A DNA stretch of 64,000 nt from Octopus sinensis (GCF_006345805.1 NC_043015.1:1736001-1800000), one strand, 5' to 3'. Shown: positions 1 to 13,370, counted from the first letter of the stretch. Notes: generated by a model from the letters alone, not told the origin. Numbers and translations are program-made.

Positions 1-181
1 ATATGTGTTTTTGATTGTATGCATGACTTTACAAGCGAAAGCATATTTGAATTTAAGCTCATTAGATACTAGTGTGTGTGTGTATGTGTGAGTGTGTATG
101 TGTTTAAGCATGTGTGCGTGTGTATTTATGCGAATGTGTGGGTGTGAATATGAGTGTGTGTATATATATACACACACACAT

Positions 182-213
<32 letters not shown>

Positions 214-262
214 GTATAAATATATACATATATATATATACATATATATATATAGTATATAA

Positions 263-293
<31 letters not shown>

Positions 294-949
294 TGCCGGT
301 GGCACGTAAAAAGCACCATCCAATCATGGCCGTTTGCCAGCCTCATCTGGCACATAAAAAGCACCCACTACACTCATGGAGTGGTTGGCTGTAGGAAGGG
401 CATCCAGCCGTAGAAACATTGCCAGATCAGACTGGGCCTGGTGCAGCCTTCTGGCTTCCCAGACCCCAGTTGAACCCTCCAACATATGCTAGCATGGAAA
501 GCGGACGCTAAATGATGATGATGATGATGATGATGATGTTGATATACACGTACTTATATATTTATTAATTACATACCTATACCATGTATTCTATTCCAAT
601 AGATATATGTGTATATGTGTGAATAGCTGTAGCGTATGAGCATGAAATATGCATGAATATTGTTTGCATGTATGTATAAAATGTCATATATACACTACAT
701 AACAAAATATATGTATACACAGACACTAAAACTATAGATATCACACGCACATGCACACACAGATACACAAGCACAAACACACACACAAAAACACAGATAT
801 GCACACACATAGATATGTACACATATACATACATATACAGATACACCACTGCCCCAGCCCTCTGCCCACACACACCCACTGCAACACGCCACCACCTCCC
901 CCCACCACCACACCACGGCCTGATGCAAATAAGAATATTTGTTTTATTC

Positions 950-1239
950 AACATTTTGTAAAAAAAGAAAAAAAAAAAAATTACAACATAAACAAGAAAA
1001 GAAAAACAGCAACACAACAACAACAGCAGCAACGAGAACATCAACAACATGAACAAGACCAACATCCAGAAGAAAAAAGATAATGCAAAAACTAAAAAAA
1101 AAAGAAAACATCACCACTGACAAACATGAACAATAACAACAACAACAAAAACAACAACAAAAAACAACAACAATAATAATAATATAAAAAAATAATAATG
1201 ATAATAATAATAATAATAATAATGATAATAATAATGACG

Positions 1240-1273
<34 letters not shown>

Positions 1274-1370
1274 TAATAATACTAATAATAACAATAATAA
1301 TAATAATAATAATAATAATGATAATAATAATAATAATAATGATAATAATAATAATAACGACAACGCTGCC
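950..1370. repeat. (CAA)n/(AAT)n compound microsatellite
   Basis: Directly visible trinucleotide repeats. Confidence 0.95.
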
Positions 1371-1734
1371 ATTATGAAGAACAACAAAAGGAAAAGACAG
1401 GTGATGCACAGTGCAAGCACCGACCAACAGGAAAAGATGATTGGCAGGTGTATGTGTGCATTTCAGGCAGCACATCCCATGTGGCACCATTCCTTCACTG
1501 TTGCTAATTGGCAACAATGGTGGTGGTGGCAGTGGTAGTGGTGATGGTGGTGGTAGCTGTGATGATGGTGGTGGCGGTGGTGGTGTGAGGGATGTTTGCA
1601 CCGGCAGACAGCATTGCATACGTAGATATACGCGCACTGTACCGACTTCATACACACACATGCACGTATACATAGAGGCATATATATATATATATATAAA
1701 AATATATATATGTATGTATAGATATATATGTTTC

Positions 1735-1995
1735 CTTCCTGTATTTCACGTTCATTATATATAAAAACATTCATTCTTATATTATTGCGGCGTTACGTGC
1801 ACCCCCCCGTTTGTTTGTCCAATTTTAACCCTGCACGACTTCTATACACACTGTCTTTCCTACCCGCCATGCTTCTTCACCAAACTATTTTGGCCCCCTG
1901 ATTCTTCCCCCCTCTTCCTCCCATCCACCTTAATCCCTTCTTTCTCCTTTTCTCTTGGTCACTGATTCTGTCCCCTGCCTTCCACCCTCTTTGAT

Positions 1996-2031
<36 letters not shown>

Positions 2032-3171
2032 GCGACCTGCTGATTCTTAACCATTCTGTTGCCATCGTATCTTGACCAACATGTGTCCCCGCTACCGAAA
2101 CGGTAATTATTTCTACGCCAGCTACTATGTTGTTGTTGTTTTGTCTCATTTGGTCTAAAGTCGTATGACAACCACCGTTATATATATTTTGTTTATTCAT
2201 TACTGTTTTCAATTTCGTTTTCGTCTCTTGTATTTATATCCGTCTTGTGCGTTCACATTCTCTGTCTTCTACCAAGAAATCTAATGCTTACAGCTTATTT
2301 TTTTCTTGGGGCTGGCCGATTGGAGCAAATATCAGAATTGAACAGCCGAAATTTGCTATGATGATTCGGTGTCTGACTGAAGATTGAAGGCTTCAATGAT
2401 TTGTCTGTGTTCCGTTTTCGTCCCTTCCTGTATTTCACGTTCATTATATATAAAAACATTCATTCTTATATTATTGCGGCGTTACGTGCACCCCCCCCCC
2501 CGTTTGTTTGTCCAATTTTAAACCCTGCACGACTTCTATACACACTGTCTTTCCTACCCGCCATTGCTTCTTCACCAAACTATTTTGGCGCCCTCCGATT
2601 CTTCCCCCCTCTTCCTCCCATCCTCCTTAATCCCTTCTTTCTCCCTTTTCTCTTGGTCACTGATTCTGTCCCCTGCCTTCCACCCTCTTTGATTCCCTCT
2701 CTCTCTGTCTCTCTTTCTCTCTCTCTCCTGTGACCTGCTGATTCTTAACCATTCTGTTGGCCATCGTATCTTGACCAACATGTGTCCCCGCTACCGAAAC
2801 GGTAATTATTTCTACGCCAGCTGCTATGTTGTTGTTGTTTTGTCTCATTTGGTCTAAAGTCGTATGACAACCACCGTTATATATATTTTGTTTATTCATT
2901 ACTGTTTTCAATTTCGTTTTCGTCTCTTGTATTTACATCCGTCTTGTGCGTTCACATTCCTGTCTTCTACCAAGAAATCTAATGCTTACAGCTTAGTTTT
3001 TTTCTTGGGGCTGGCCGAGTTGGAGCAAATATCAGAATTGAACAGCCGAATTTGCTATGATGATTCGGTGTCTGACTGAAGATTGAAGGCTTCGAATGAT
3101 TTGTCTGTGTTCCGTGTTCGTCCCTTCCTGTATTTCACGTTCATTATATATAAAAACATTCATTCTTATAC
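1735..3171. repeat. Tandem duplication of an about 690-700 bp unit (2 copies plus about 50 nt)
   Basis: CCTTCCTGTATTTCACGTTCATTATATATAAAAACATTCATTCTTATA recurs at about 1735, 2423 and 3123; the intervening sequences are nearly identical. Confidence 0.9.
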
Positions 3172-3186
3172 ATATATATATATATA

Positions 3187-3227
<41 letters not shown>

Positions 3228-3263
3228 GTTCTATATGTATTTATTAAATAGTTATATATATAT

Positions 3264-3315
<52 letters not shown>

Positions 3316-3846
3316 CATATATATATACACACACACACACATAAAGTCATACATACACATGAACGGATGAATATTGACACTTAACTCAGAGATATTCATA
3401 ATACACACAAGTACACAAAAGCAAGCACATACACATACACACTTTCCTGCTATATTTACAGACTGCATACGCATTCTTGTTAAATACATATACCACAACT
3501 ACTAACACCACCACCACCACCCTACTATCAACGCCGTCAACGCCAGTGCCGCTGCCATCGCCACCACCACCACCACCACCACCACCACCACCACCATCAC
3601 TGCCACCGCGCACAACACATCCCAGACACATATTCATGATATACATGCGTATATATAACATGCGTACATACGTGTACCAAATTCGCCAGACGCATTCATA
3701 TGTAAACACATCCACAACATAAACGCACATACAGTATATCTTGCTATTTACTCACACACACACACACACCAGACAAAACAGCACATTACATAACTCATAA
3801 ACATTCTACACACCTCTGCCTCGCTCACACACATACACACACACAC

Positions 3847-3877
<31 letters not shown>

Positions 3878-4250
3878 CCATGTGTCTCATAATTTGTATC
3901 AAATAGTCAAACACAAAAAGTGCTTAAATACTGCTTTACTTATGGGACATTGAATGTATTTGTGCAAATATACAAGTACACTTGTATACACATTAACAAT
4001 CATGCATATGTATGTATATATATACTTTTTTATGTGGGGCTATATTCATGTATATGTATACATGTGGTATATGTAGACATATGCCTCTTGCCACAGGCAC
4101 CATACTTACACCTTTTTTGTATATAGATGTGTCTGGGAGTGAAGATATTTTCTATACATTACAAAACATGCAGACATAGGTTTGTGTATAACGCATTTCT
4201 AAGAGGCTGTTTACATGCTTGTACCAAACTGTGACAGTGAGCTTGAATTT

Positions 4251-4289
<39 letters not shown>

Positions 4290-4889
4290 TATATACATAG
4301 ATATATATCAAACTTTGTGTTTGTCTTTCAATGCATATATGTATGTATGCATATATATATCATCATCCTCATCATCATTTAACGTCCGCTTTCCATGCTA
4401 GCATGGGTTGGACGATTTGATTGAGGACTGGCGAACCAGATGGCTGCACCAGGCTCCAATCTGATCAGGCAGAGTTTCTACTGCTGGATGCCCTTCCTAA
4501 CACCAACCACTCCGAGAGTGTAGTCAGTGCTTTTATGTGCCACTGGCACGAGGGCCAGTCAGGCGGTAGTGGCAACGGCCACATGCAAATGGTGTTTTTT
4601 ACGTGCCGGTCCAGGAGCCAGTGCAGCGGCACTGGCAACGACCTAAAGTCAGATGAGGTGTGGAATTAGGGTATTTCCAGGGAAACACTTGAGCCAAATA
4701 CTGGGCTATCAACACTGCTGGGTTCCCGAGCAAAGCTGGAAATCTTCAGGTGTAGAATACACATATTTCATGATGATTATACTATAAAATGAGTTTGGTG
4801 AAGAGTCAATAATTAAAGATGTGTTAAAGAATTTTCCTTGTCTTCTCTTTTTCATTGCATACATATACATACATATATATAAATACATA

Positions 4890-4971
<82 letters not shown>

Positions 4972-5632
4972 TATATACATAAGTAAGTAGAGTTAGCGGT
5001 TGGAATAACCATCTAAGGGATAAGAATATCCATACTACCAGTATCAATTACATATGTTAACCCTGGGCATGGATATGCAAGTACACTATGCTTATAGGTT
5101 ACAGGTAATAACAAAATAAATAAGAGTTTATCAAGAATCAAAATTAAAACAAGCGAAGAATGGAGAAAAGTTTTCATCAACAAAGAAGATGACCAACATC
5201 GGTTAATTATTTTTTAATACAAAACTTAACATTACTTATGGCCATTTTGGCTGCCAATGTCAGTCGGTGCCTACAAAGAAAATTCCAAAATTCATAGTCA
5301 TCAACTTTATAGCACATTCGAGAGCTAGTACATGGAGCTTCATCAGACCGAATACAAATACATAAAATAAAAGAAGGGAAGAGGGAAAAACAGGACCTCG
5401 AGATGAGGCCAGCAGGCTCAATATATTAGAATCATACCATTTTGCACATATATACATAAATGTGTGTGTATATATATATACATATATATATATATATAAG
5501 AGATAATGGTGTCATTGAAACCCAAAGGTGTCAGATAATGCTGAATAAGTGCTATAGACAGACCATAGTTAAGTTCCAGATTCGGTAATATTGCGAACAA
5601 AGGGTTCAACATTGGTTCTATGTCAGCATGTG

Positions 5633-5827
5633 TATATAAGAATTTTTGGCATAAGATAAAAAAACCAAGGCCGTATAGATATTAGAGCATTTATAGATAG
5701 GTCTTACAGCTGTTTCTAGGATTTAATTAATATCCTAGAAATAGCTGTAAGACCTTCTATCTATAAATGCTCTAATATCTATACAACCTTGGTTTTTTTA
5801 TCTTATTACGCAAAAAATTCTTATATA
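5633..5827. repeat. About 195-bp near-perfect fold-back palindrome
   Basis: The arms TATATAAGAATTTTT...GGTCTTACAGCTGTTTCTAGGAT and ATCCTAGAAATAGCTGTAAGACC...AAAAATTCTTATATA are reverse complements around a 9-nt spacer (5723-5731). Confidence 0.9.
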
Positions 5828-6504
5828 TATATAATATATATATATATATATCTATACATATATACATACACTCATACATATGTATTTATGTATGTGTACA
5901 TATGACAAAGGAACTAAAATAATGATTAGAAAACTGAAGCGTAGATCGAATATATGATGCATGGATTTGATTGGCAAAATATGACGGTCCCCATGTATAA
6001 CAATAACTGTTTCAAAACACGATTTCACAACAAGAATTTTAAAAAAGAAATACATCAACATATATACATATACACACATATATATTGATATATTGTTAGT
6101 GTCTTAAGAATTTAGAAACTTCAAGAGATATAAAATACGTTGGTTTTAATGCAGGAACTCAAAGTAGATAAAGCTATAAATAATAGCGTGTAAGGAGTAA
6201 ATAACATGTTCAGAACAAGTTGGATGGATGAAGTTGTAGACTGGCCATGGGACTTGATTGCACAGCCTCTGTTAAACGATGCACAATAGTCTTAACCATA
6301 GTCTTTATATTGGTGTCATGCTACATGTAAAAGCACCCACTACACTCTTGGAGTGGTTGGCATTAGGAAGGGCATCCAGCCATAGAAACCAAGCCAAATA
6401 AGACTGGAGTCTGGTGGTGCTCACTAGCTTACCAGCCCTAGTCAAATCATCCAACCCATGCCAGAATGGACAACAGATGTTAAATGATGATGATGATGAT
6501 ATAT

Positions 6505-7030
6505 ATCTCTATATATAAAACTGAATTGCGTTTTTACCGCTTGGATCGCTTTCAATGCCACTACATCCCATCCGATTCGCTCCAAAATTTACAGGGACAT
6601 GTAGAATGAGGTGACGATGCGCGTGGGCTACCTTAGAAATCCCTATCTTAAAAGGTGTGGTTGCTAGGGGCCATCTTCTTCACTCACACTATTTCCTTCT
6701 TTCCCTCTCTTACTCCCCTTCATATATAACGTTGACAATGTCCACTCCCGTTATTTAATGTATTCCCCTCAACTCCCTTTCACTTTGCCTTTATAAGGTC
6801 GTCAGGCGGCTTTCTTTGATGTATCTGTTTGCATTCATAGGGAGAATTATCATCGTCACAATTTATGTATATGTCTTCCTCACTCACTCACTCTTTTTCC
6901 TAATGATAATTATCATCGCCACCACCACCAACACACAATACTCACTCTATTTCATACAAACGGCCTTCTTTTATGTATCTGTCTGTGTGAAAGAGAGAGA
7001 TAACTGAAATTTTTTACTCGGTTTTTTAGT
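6505..7030 (+). mobile_element. Probable Helitron-like element, 5' part
   Basis: Begins CTCTATATATAAAACTGAATTG, similar to the heads at 58790 and 63780; no clear 3' hairpin-CTAG found. Confidence 0.4.
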
Positions 7031-8699
7031 GCGTGCGTGTGTATGCATGTATGTGTATATGTATGTATGCATGTATGTGTGTGTGTCTGTATCTATGTAT
7101 GTGTGTGTGTGTGTATGCATGTGTATGTGTGTATGTGTGTGTATGTATGTGTGAGTGTGCATGTATGTATGTACCTTTGTCTGTTTATGTAACGGTCTGC
7201 TATGTAGAAATGAGGTTGACTCAATGGAAATGCATACATACACACACATACACACATACATACACATACACACACACACATACATAGATGCAGACCTATG
7301 TTAAAAGTGCTGGCAAGTTTGCATGACAACTATTTCTTTTCCTCAAATGAAAGGCGTGACCTCTAGGACAAAATTCCTCATCTTATAAAATGTGGCCCCA
7401 GTACACCCGAATGAAATCACGTTATATTAACCAAAATGTGAAAAGGGGTATAAATGGGGCTGGAAGGAGATTAAAATTTAAAGGAGCGGGTGTTTAGGAA
7501 TTCTCTGTTACATCAAGCTAAAAAATTTGCGCCAGCCTTTTAATCGTCAATGTGTTGCCGTCCATGATGAAGAAGTTTTGAATGCTTGCCATGGTGAGTC
7601 TACTGTTGTGAAAAAGAATCAAGTCAAAACTTGGTGTTTAGGGATTTTCTTTTACATCAAGTTCAAAATTTTACGCCAGCCGTTAAACTGTCAAAACGTT
7701 GCTGTCCGTCGTTAAGAAATGCCAGCCATGCTGACTCTACTACCCTCAGATTCTATCCCTTCAAACTTTGGTTTCCAATATTTTATTATTTTTATTCAGC
7801 TCGCAAGTTCGTCTGTCCCTTTCAAATGTTAGTGTTTTGCTGTCTGCCTTGAAGCAGACCTTTCCGTTGTTACTGCCTGATATTTATGATTGATCTTTCT
7901 AAATATTTTATTTCTCAACTTACTCAAGATATTTTGTTGTTTATAAATGGGAGACAGATAGATAAAGATAGAGTAAGAGAAAGCGAGGGAGAGTCCGAGA
8001 GAAAGGAAGAGTAAGAGAGTGGGGAAAGTGAGAGAGAAAGGAGAGAGAAACAAAGAGGGAGAATCATATCATCATCATCGTTTAACGTCCGTTTTCCGTG
8101 CTAGCACGGGTTGGACAGTTTGACCAGGGTCTGGGAAGCCAGGAGGCTGCACCAGGCTCCAGTCTGATCTGGCTGTGTTTCTACAGCTGGATGCCCTTCC
8201 TAACGCCAACCACTCTGTGAGCGTAGTGGGTGCATTTTTCGTGCCGCCGGCACAGGTGCCAGGGGGGCTGGCAATGGCCACGATCGGTTGGTGCTTTTTA
8301 CGTGTCAATGGCACAGAAGCCAGTCAAGGCAGCGCTGCAATCCGCCACGTTCGGATGGTACTTTTCACGTGCTGAAAGGAAGCAACAGAAAGTAACAACC
8401 ACACTCTTACCGCGCGTAGAGCGGGTCACCTTCAGCTAGTATATATATATATATATATATATATACAAATGCTCACCCTTTAAGGAGGTGCTCCAGCATG
8501 GCCACAGACAATTGACTGACACAAGGAAAGGAATACAAGAATATGTATGTATTTATGTTATTATTCAGTTTTATTTCAAGATTTCCTGTCAATAGTGTAA
8601 AGCAGGTTTCTAACCTAGACCCAAGCTTCTTTCAATGGAATTTCAACAACATCAACAGGGTACTTTTATATGTACATATGTGTGTAGATGTGAAGCATT

Positions 8700-9297
8700 T
8701 GGAGCCTGTTCTTGTGCAGATTTGTATAACCTTCCATGCATATAGTTGCATGTCTAGAAGTGCGCATATATGCTTAAATGATAAACTTCTGGAAAGTTTT
8801 GCAAATTTTTACAGTTCTGTGGTAGCTTGGATCTGTATTCTCATATGTAGGTACGCATGCATAAAGATAGCTGGATCCCTAAACAGATGCTGTGTGGCAA
8901 ACTTATTAATGGAAAGAAACCCCAGCAGAAACCAAGGTTGTGATTTAAGGACTGTGTCAAGTCCTCATTAAAGGCCTGTGATATGCAGTAGAGTGACAAG
9001 GAGATCAATGCCTGTCCTTGCCACAGATGGAGGAAGCAGGTTAAGGACGGGGTCGACACCTTTGAGAGAGCATGTATCCTACATGAAGAACTTCGTACTG
9101 CTCGAAAGCACACTGCTGGTGTAGTGAATGGGGAAAGCTTGGTTTTCAATGTTTGCAGTTGTGTATGCTTGTCAAGAGCAGGGCTCATTAGCCACCAACA
9201 GAGCTGCAAATGCAAAATATATGTTAGTCCTTGAGCACACAATGTTCCTGAAGGTTAGCAATGGTCTTCCTCGGTCATGAGTGGATGGCCATCATAT
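8700..9297 (+). mobile_element. RTE-clade LINE 3' fragment (degenerate)
   Basis: Frame reads KDSWIPKQMLCGKLINGKKPQQKPRL*FKDCVKSSLKAC...WRKQVKDGVDTFE...CSCVCLSRAGLISHQQSC. This is an RTE ORF C-terminus with a C2H2-like end and in-frame stops. Confidence 0.85.
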
Positions 9298-9765
9298 ATG
9301 CATGCATATATTTATATATTTGAATTTGTTGTGAAAATATGTTCTCAGCAGATCAAGAGTTCCAGAAAATTCACACGAGTCTGTTTAGTTTCTTCTAACT
9401 TTTGGAAAAGAGAGGTATTTTTAAAAGAAAATTTCTACAAACACCTTTCAGAGTGAGTAGATTATGATAATAATGGAAATTAGAATGGGAATAAAAATTG
9501 GTAGGATAGCAGCAGACATACATACAGAAGGCATCTTTTGGCACAAAAATTTTATTCACAAAATATTTTGGAAAAATCAAAATCTACACAAGCTGAGGTG
9601 TATTTGTAGAAAATTCCATTAAAAAAATATCTATTTTCCAGAAAGTTATGGAGAAAGAAATTTGCTGAGGCACATTTCTGTAGGTATGCCACGGTTAACT
9701 CAGGCCAGTTTGCGCATGTCTTACTGGACGTCCATGGTAAACATGTATTTTCTAAAATAATATAA

Positions 9766-9797
<32 letters not shown>

Positions 9798-10091
9798 GTT
9801 TATATATATTCATGTATGTAGATATATATACACACACACATATATATGCATATACAAACACATGTTTTTACATGGAGGCATGCATATGTATATATGTGTG
9901 TAAACATACGTATATACATACATATACACACACACAGACAGACACCCACACACTTATATATGTGCATATATGTGTGTATGTGAGCATATAAACATATATA
10001 CATATATATGCATGTGTGTATACATTAGCACACACATACACATGTATATATATACAAATATGCATAATGTGTTTGTGTGGGAGTGTGTGCG

Positions 10092-10123
<32 letters not shown>

Positions 10124-10489
10124 CACATATATATATACATGCACACACACACAAACACACACCACACACACACACACACAGAGACAAACCAACACTCACA
10201 TATACACACAACAGCAGACAACAAAAGCAACTGTCAAAGTAGTGAATGAAATGTGATTGGAGATTCCTTTGTGAAGTAAACATTGAGAAACTTGTGCAAG
10301 GTACATACTGAAGAGACAACAACAGCAAGAAATGGAACAGTTTTAGAGGAAGAAGAAGGGTGGCAGGAGGGTGGTGTGTGTGTGTTGGCGGGGGTAAATA
10401 AAAATAAAAATAGAAGACAAAATATATATATATATGACAAAGAAAAAAAACATACAATAAGTCCTAATCAAAGGAATAACAACAGTAAT

Positions 10490-11290
10490 ACTACAGCAGC
10501 CACAACGACGACGGTGACCACCGCCACCACCACCACAACTGGCTCTAGCACCACCACCACTACCACCAGCTCCACACCATCACCACTGCCATCATGACTA
10601 CCACCACTACCACTATCATCACCACCACCATCGCTTTTAGAAATATCACTACCACCACCAACACCATTGCTAGTATCACCGAAACTACCACAACCACCAC
10701 CACCACCAATAACAACACCACCACTACTACCCACCACCGTCACCACCACTCCAGTGCTAGCACCAACACTACCACCACAACAACAACATCACCACAAACA
10801 CCACTCACTACCACCAACAGTGCTAGCACCATCACCACCACCACCACCAGTACTAGAACCATCACCACCACCACTACCCACCACCTCCACCATCGCTGAC
10901 GCCAACATCATCACCATCACCACCTCTAACACCACCATCTCCATCTCCACTATCTCTACCTATACTACAAGTCATCATTGTCGTCATTACAAAACCACCA
11001 CAAACTCAGACAACAGCAGTAATACCCACACTATCACAACCACCAACAGTGCTGCTGCAAATCCTCCGCTTCCTCCTCCTCCCCCTCATCATCATCATCA
11101 TCATCACCAACATCATTATTACCTACACTTCAAAGAATACCCATCCGCCACCGCCATCAACACCAGTTGCAATGCCATCATTAATACAAAAACAACCATC
11201 ATCATCACAAACAACAACAATGGTAATACCATATGTACCATCACATCCACCACCATGATAATCAATATCTCAAATAATAACAACAATAAT
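10490..11290. repeat. (ACC/CAT)n degenerate trinucleotide block
   Basis: Directly visible; explains the Thr/Pro/His-rich ORFs. Confidence 0.95.
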
Positions 11291-11553
11291 ATGGACACCT
11301 ATCATAAATATATTATATATATGAAGGTGCGAGTGTGTGTTATATATGTGTATATATATATATGTATATGTATATTAGAAGAAATGAGGTACTCAGAAAT
11401 TCGGATGGTTTTATATTTACAGTTATTTATTTGTATATTACATGTTTTTATACATCATATATCATATATCATATTAGAGCTTTCGTCCATTCTAGTGGAG
11501 TTTTCAAATTGAATTCAATTTGAATACTCCACCAAGGGAGGATGGCTGATGAG

Positions 11554-11720
11554 CAGGGCCGGCTCAAGGCACCGGCAACTTGGGTAGTCACCCAGGGTGC
11601 CTTGTGTTAGGAGGGTGCCAAGGAGGGTGTGACAAAGACAAGGAAATTTCCACAACTGTCAGCTTGTACACACAGAAGTTCAGCTTGCCCGGGATGTGAG
11701 CAACCCTAGGGCCAGCCCTG
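11554..11720. mobile_element. hAT-type MITE (167 bp)
   Basis: TIRs CAGGGCCGGC / GCCAGCCCTG; 8-bp TSD CTGATGAG (11546-11553) / CAGATGAG (11721-11728), one mismatch. Confidence 0.75.
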
Positions 11721-12066
11721 CAGATGAGCGAGGAGAAGGTATCTTTAATGTAATCCAATGGTAGTCACATCATTCCTGATGGTTCAGTTTCACCTGGAAG
11801 GCTTGATTCCACTCAAAGCAATGGTAAATAACACCAGCCCAAGATGTCTCTCAACAGAATTGAACCCGAGATCTCATCATTGTTAAGTGAACTTCTTATC
11901 CATTCATCCATATGGCATCCACATAAACCCATACCCACATCCAAAACCATATATGAATTACACACACACACAAACACACACACATGCACACATACACACA
12001 CACACACACACACACGCACACAAATATGCACACACTCAAACGAACATGCATGTATGTTACGCTTAC

Positions 12067-12271
12067 CTTGCTGAATGTGATGACAGGAATAATGGACGTC
12101 TGCAAGAATTTCAGAAACGCATATGGCATCATTGACGAGAGCAATACACTCATTATAGTGCAGTAGGTCCCTAGGTACAGCAACACGTGTAAGCTCTGCC
12201 GCTGGTAACTTAGCACCAGCATCCCAACAATAAGTGTCTGCACTGCCAAGAAGATTGATTCTCCATAAGAA
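12067..12271 (-). CDS. MPDU1: MPDU1 coding exon 4 (SYGESIFLAVQTLIVGMLVLSYQRQSLHVLLYLGTYCTIMSVLLSSMMPYAFLKFLQTSIIPVITFSK)
   Basis: TTTCTGTCTTTGCAG acceptor; 205 nt; donor GTAAGC at 12066. Aligns by eye to human SWGEALFLMLQT...LLQASNVPAVVVGR. Confidence 0.95.
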
Positions 12272-12324
12272 CTGCAAAGACAGAAAATATAACACCAGAT
12301 ATAAAAGAAACCCAAAGACAAGAA

Positions 12325-12615
12325 ATTATTATTATTATTATTTTCCCTTTATGACAGGTTTTGTTGGAGATCTTGGAGTCTTGCATACGTAGCGGGCTTA
12401 CTACCTGCAGCCTACTGTACCATGCTATCCGTTCTGCTATCTAATACTTACCTGACTATTCTGGCCCTGCCAAAGGAGGCAAACCTTTTGTAACAGTTCT
12501 ACTGGTCACTCTAGTCCAATTTCCTTTATATTCCTCTTGATACCTTCTGATACTGTTCCCAAGGACCCAACAATAATTGGCACTATCTTCATCTTCTTCG
12601 TTCTCCATAACTGGG
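12325..12615 (-). mobile_element. R4/Dong-like (RLE) LINE 3' fragment, sense to MPDU1
   Basis: Minus frame LWRTKKMKIVPIIVGSLGTVSEG...ELLQKVCLL/GRARIVR*VLD matches the VPIVIGALG...LQKAxLLGTARILRKVL C-terminus of restriction-like-endonuclease LINEs; (AAT)n tail. Confidence 0.75.
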
Positions 12616-12749
12616 CTATTTTGTATTTATCCAAATCCATATATGAATCACACACACACACACACTCACACATTGTATTTATCTATTTTTTCGTTTTCCT
12701 ACTTGCTTATTCGTAGGTCAAAGGGGCATGCAACATCAAACTATTAATG

Positions 12750-13370
12750 TTATTATTATTATTGAGTGAGAGAGCAATGCATGCCATCAAAGTGACACTA
12801 GGGTAAAATATACGAAGCCCAGTAGACCCATCATGACTACCCATCTGATAAGGGTACAGCAGGCACATGCATTACAACCACATGTGCGTGACATGGTGAT
12901 CTCATATCAAGATAAACAGCACAGAACCTTGCAGGTGGGGCCCAGTTAGAATTTTCTTCTGGTCGAATAGCTCATCCTGCGCAAAAGGTCCCTGAATATG
13001 GGTTATTAAAGGATGTTGAACGAACCACCTATGTTTTCAAAGGTGAATTATCCAAACCGCTAAGAATCCCTGTCAACACATGGCTATGATGCTCCCCAAA
13101 CACTTCTGCTCGTGATCAGAGATGCACATATCGTCAGCCACTAAGGGACATGCTCAGCTAGTTAAGGTCAAACAACTGGTTAAAGTCAAACAAGCAAATG
13201 TGTGGTATTGGGCAGAATATTTGTTGCAGCCCATCTTTTATACCAAGACAAAACAATGTACATGATAACACTTCCAATCAGTTAAGATCAGCAGCCATGA
13301 GAGCCCCCTATCTGGTACTGCATCAGAGCATAGAGCCACTGCTTGGTACTGCATCAGGGCATATTATTAT
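12750..13370 (-). mobile_element. (AAT)n-tailed retroposon fragment, unclassified
   Basis: Ends CTCTCTCACTCAATAATAAT on the minus strand; homologous plus-strand pieces at about 17200-17720 and 26452-26550. Confidence 0.7.

Noticed and set aside
104-1774. Many overlapping ORFs rich in YI, HT, CV, poly-I, poly-L
   Set aside because: They are translations of (TA)n, (CA)n and trinucleotide repeats; the same holds for nearly all ORFs in the track.
5305-5352. CTGATGA-A-GCTC...CTC-GAAT on the minus strand, hammerhead-like
   Set aside because: Helices I and III cannot be formed and A15.1 is missing; at best a decayed remnant.
9695-9751. Possible alternative MPDU1 terminal exon (KIHVYHGRPVRHAQTGLS*) after a TTTTAG acceptor
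   Set aside because: No similarity to the MPDU1 second PQ-loop and no independent support; such short open exons arise by chance.
10667-11512. 281-aa Thr/Pro/His-rich ORF resembling a mucin
   Set aside because: It lies wholly in an (ACC/CAT)n block, is open in several frames, and has no splice or homology support.
11546-11553. CTGATGAG core-like word
   Set aside because: It is the TSD of the hAT MITE; no downstream helix II/GAAA.
12444-12470. ATACTTACCTG, the 5' end of U1 snRNA
   Set aside because: The match stops after 11 nt. It is the reverse complement of a cryptic donor in a LINE fragment, reported as a finding.
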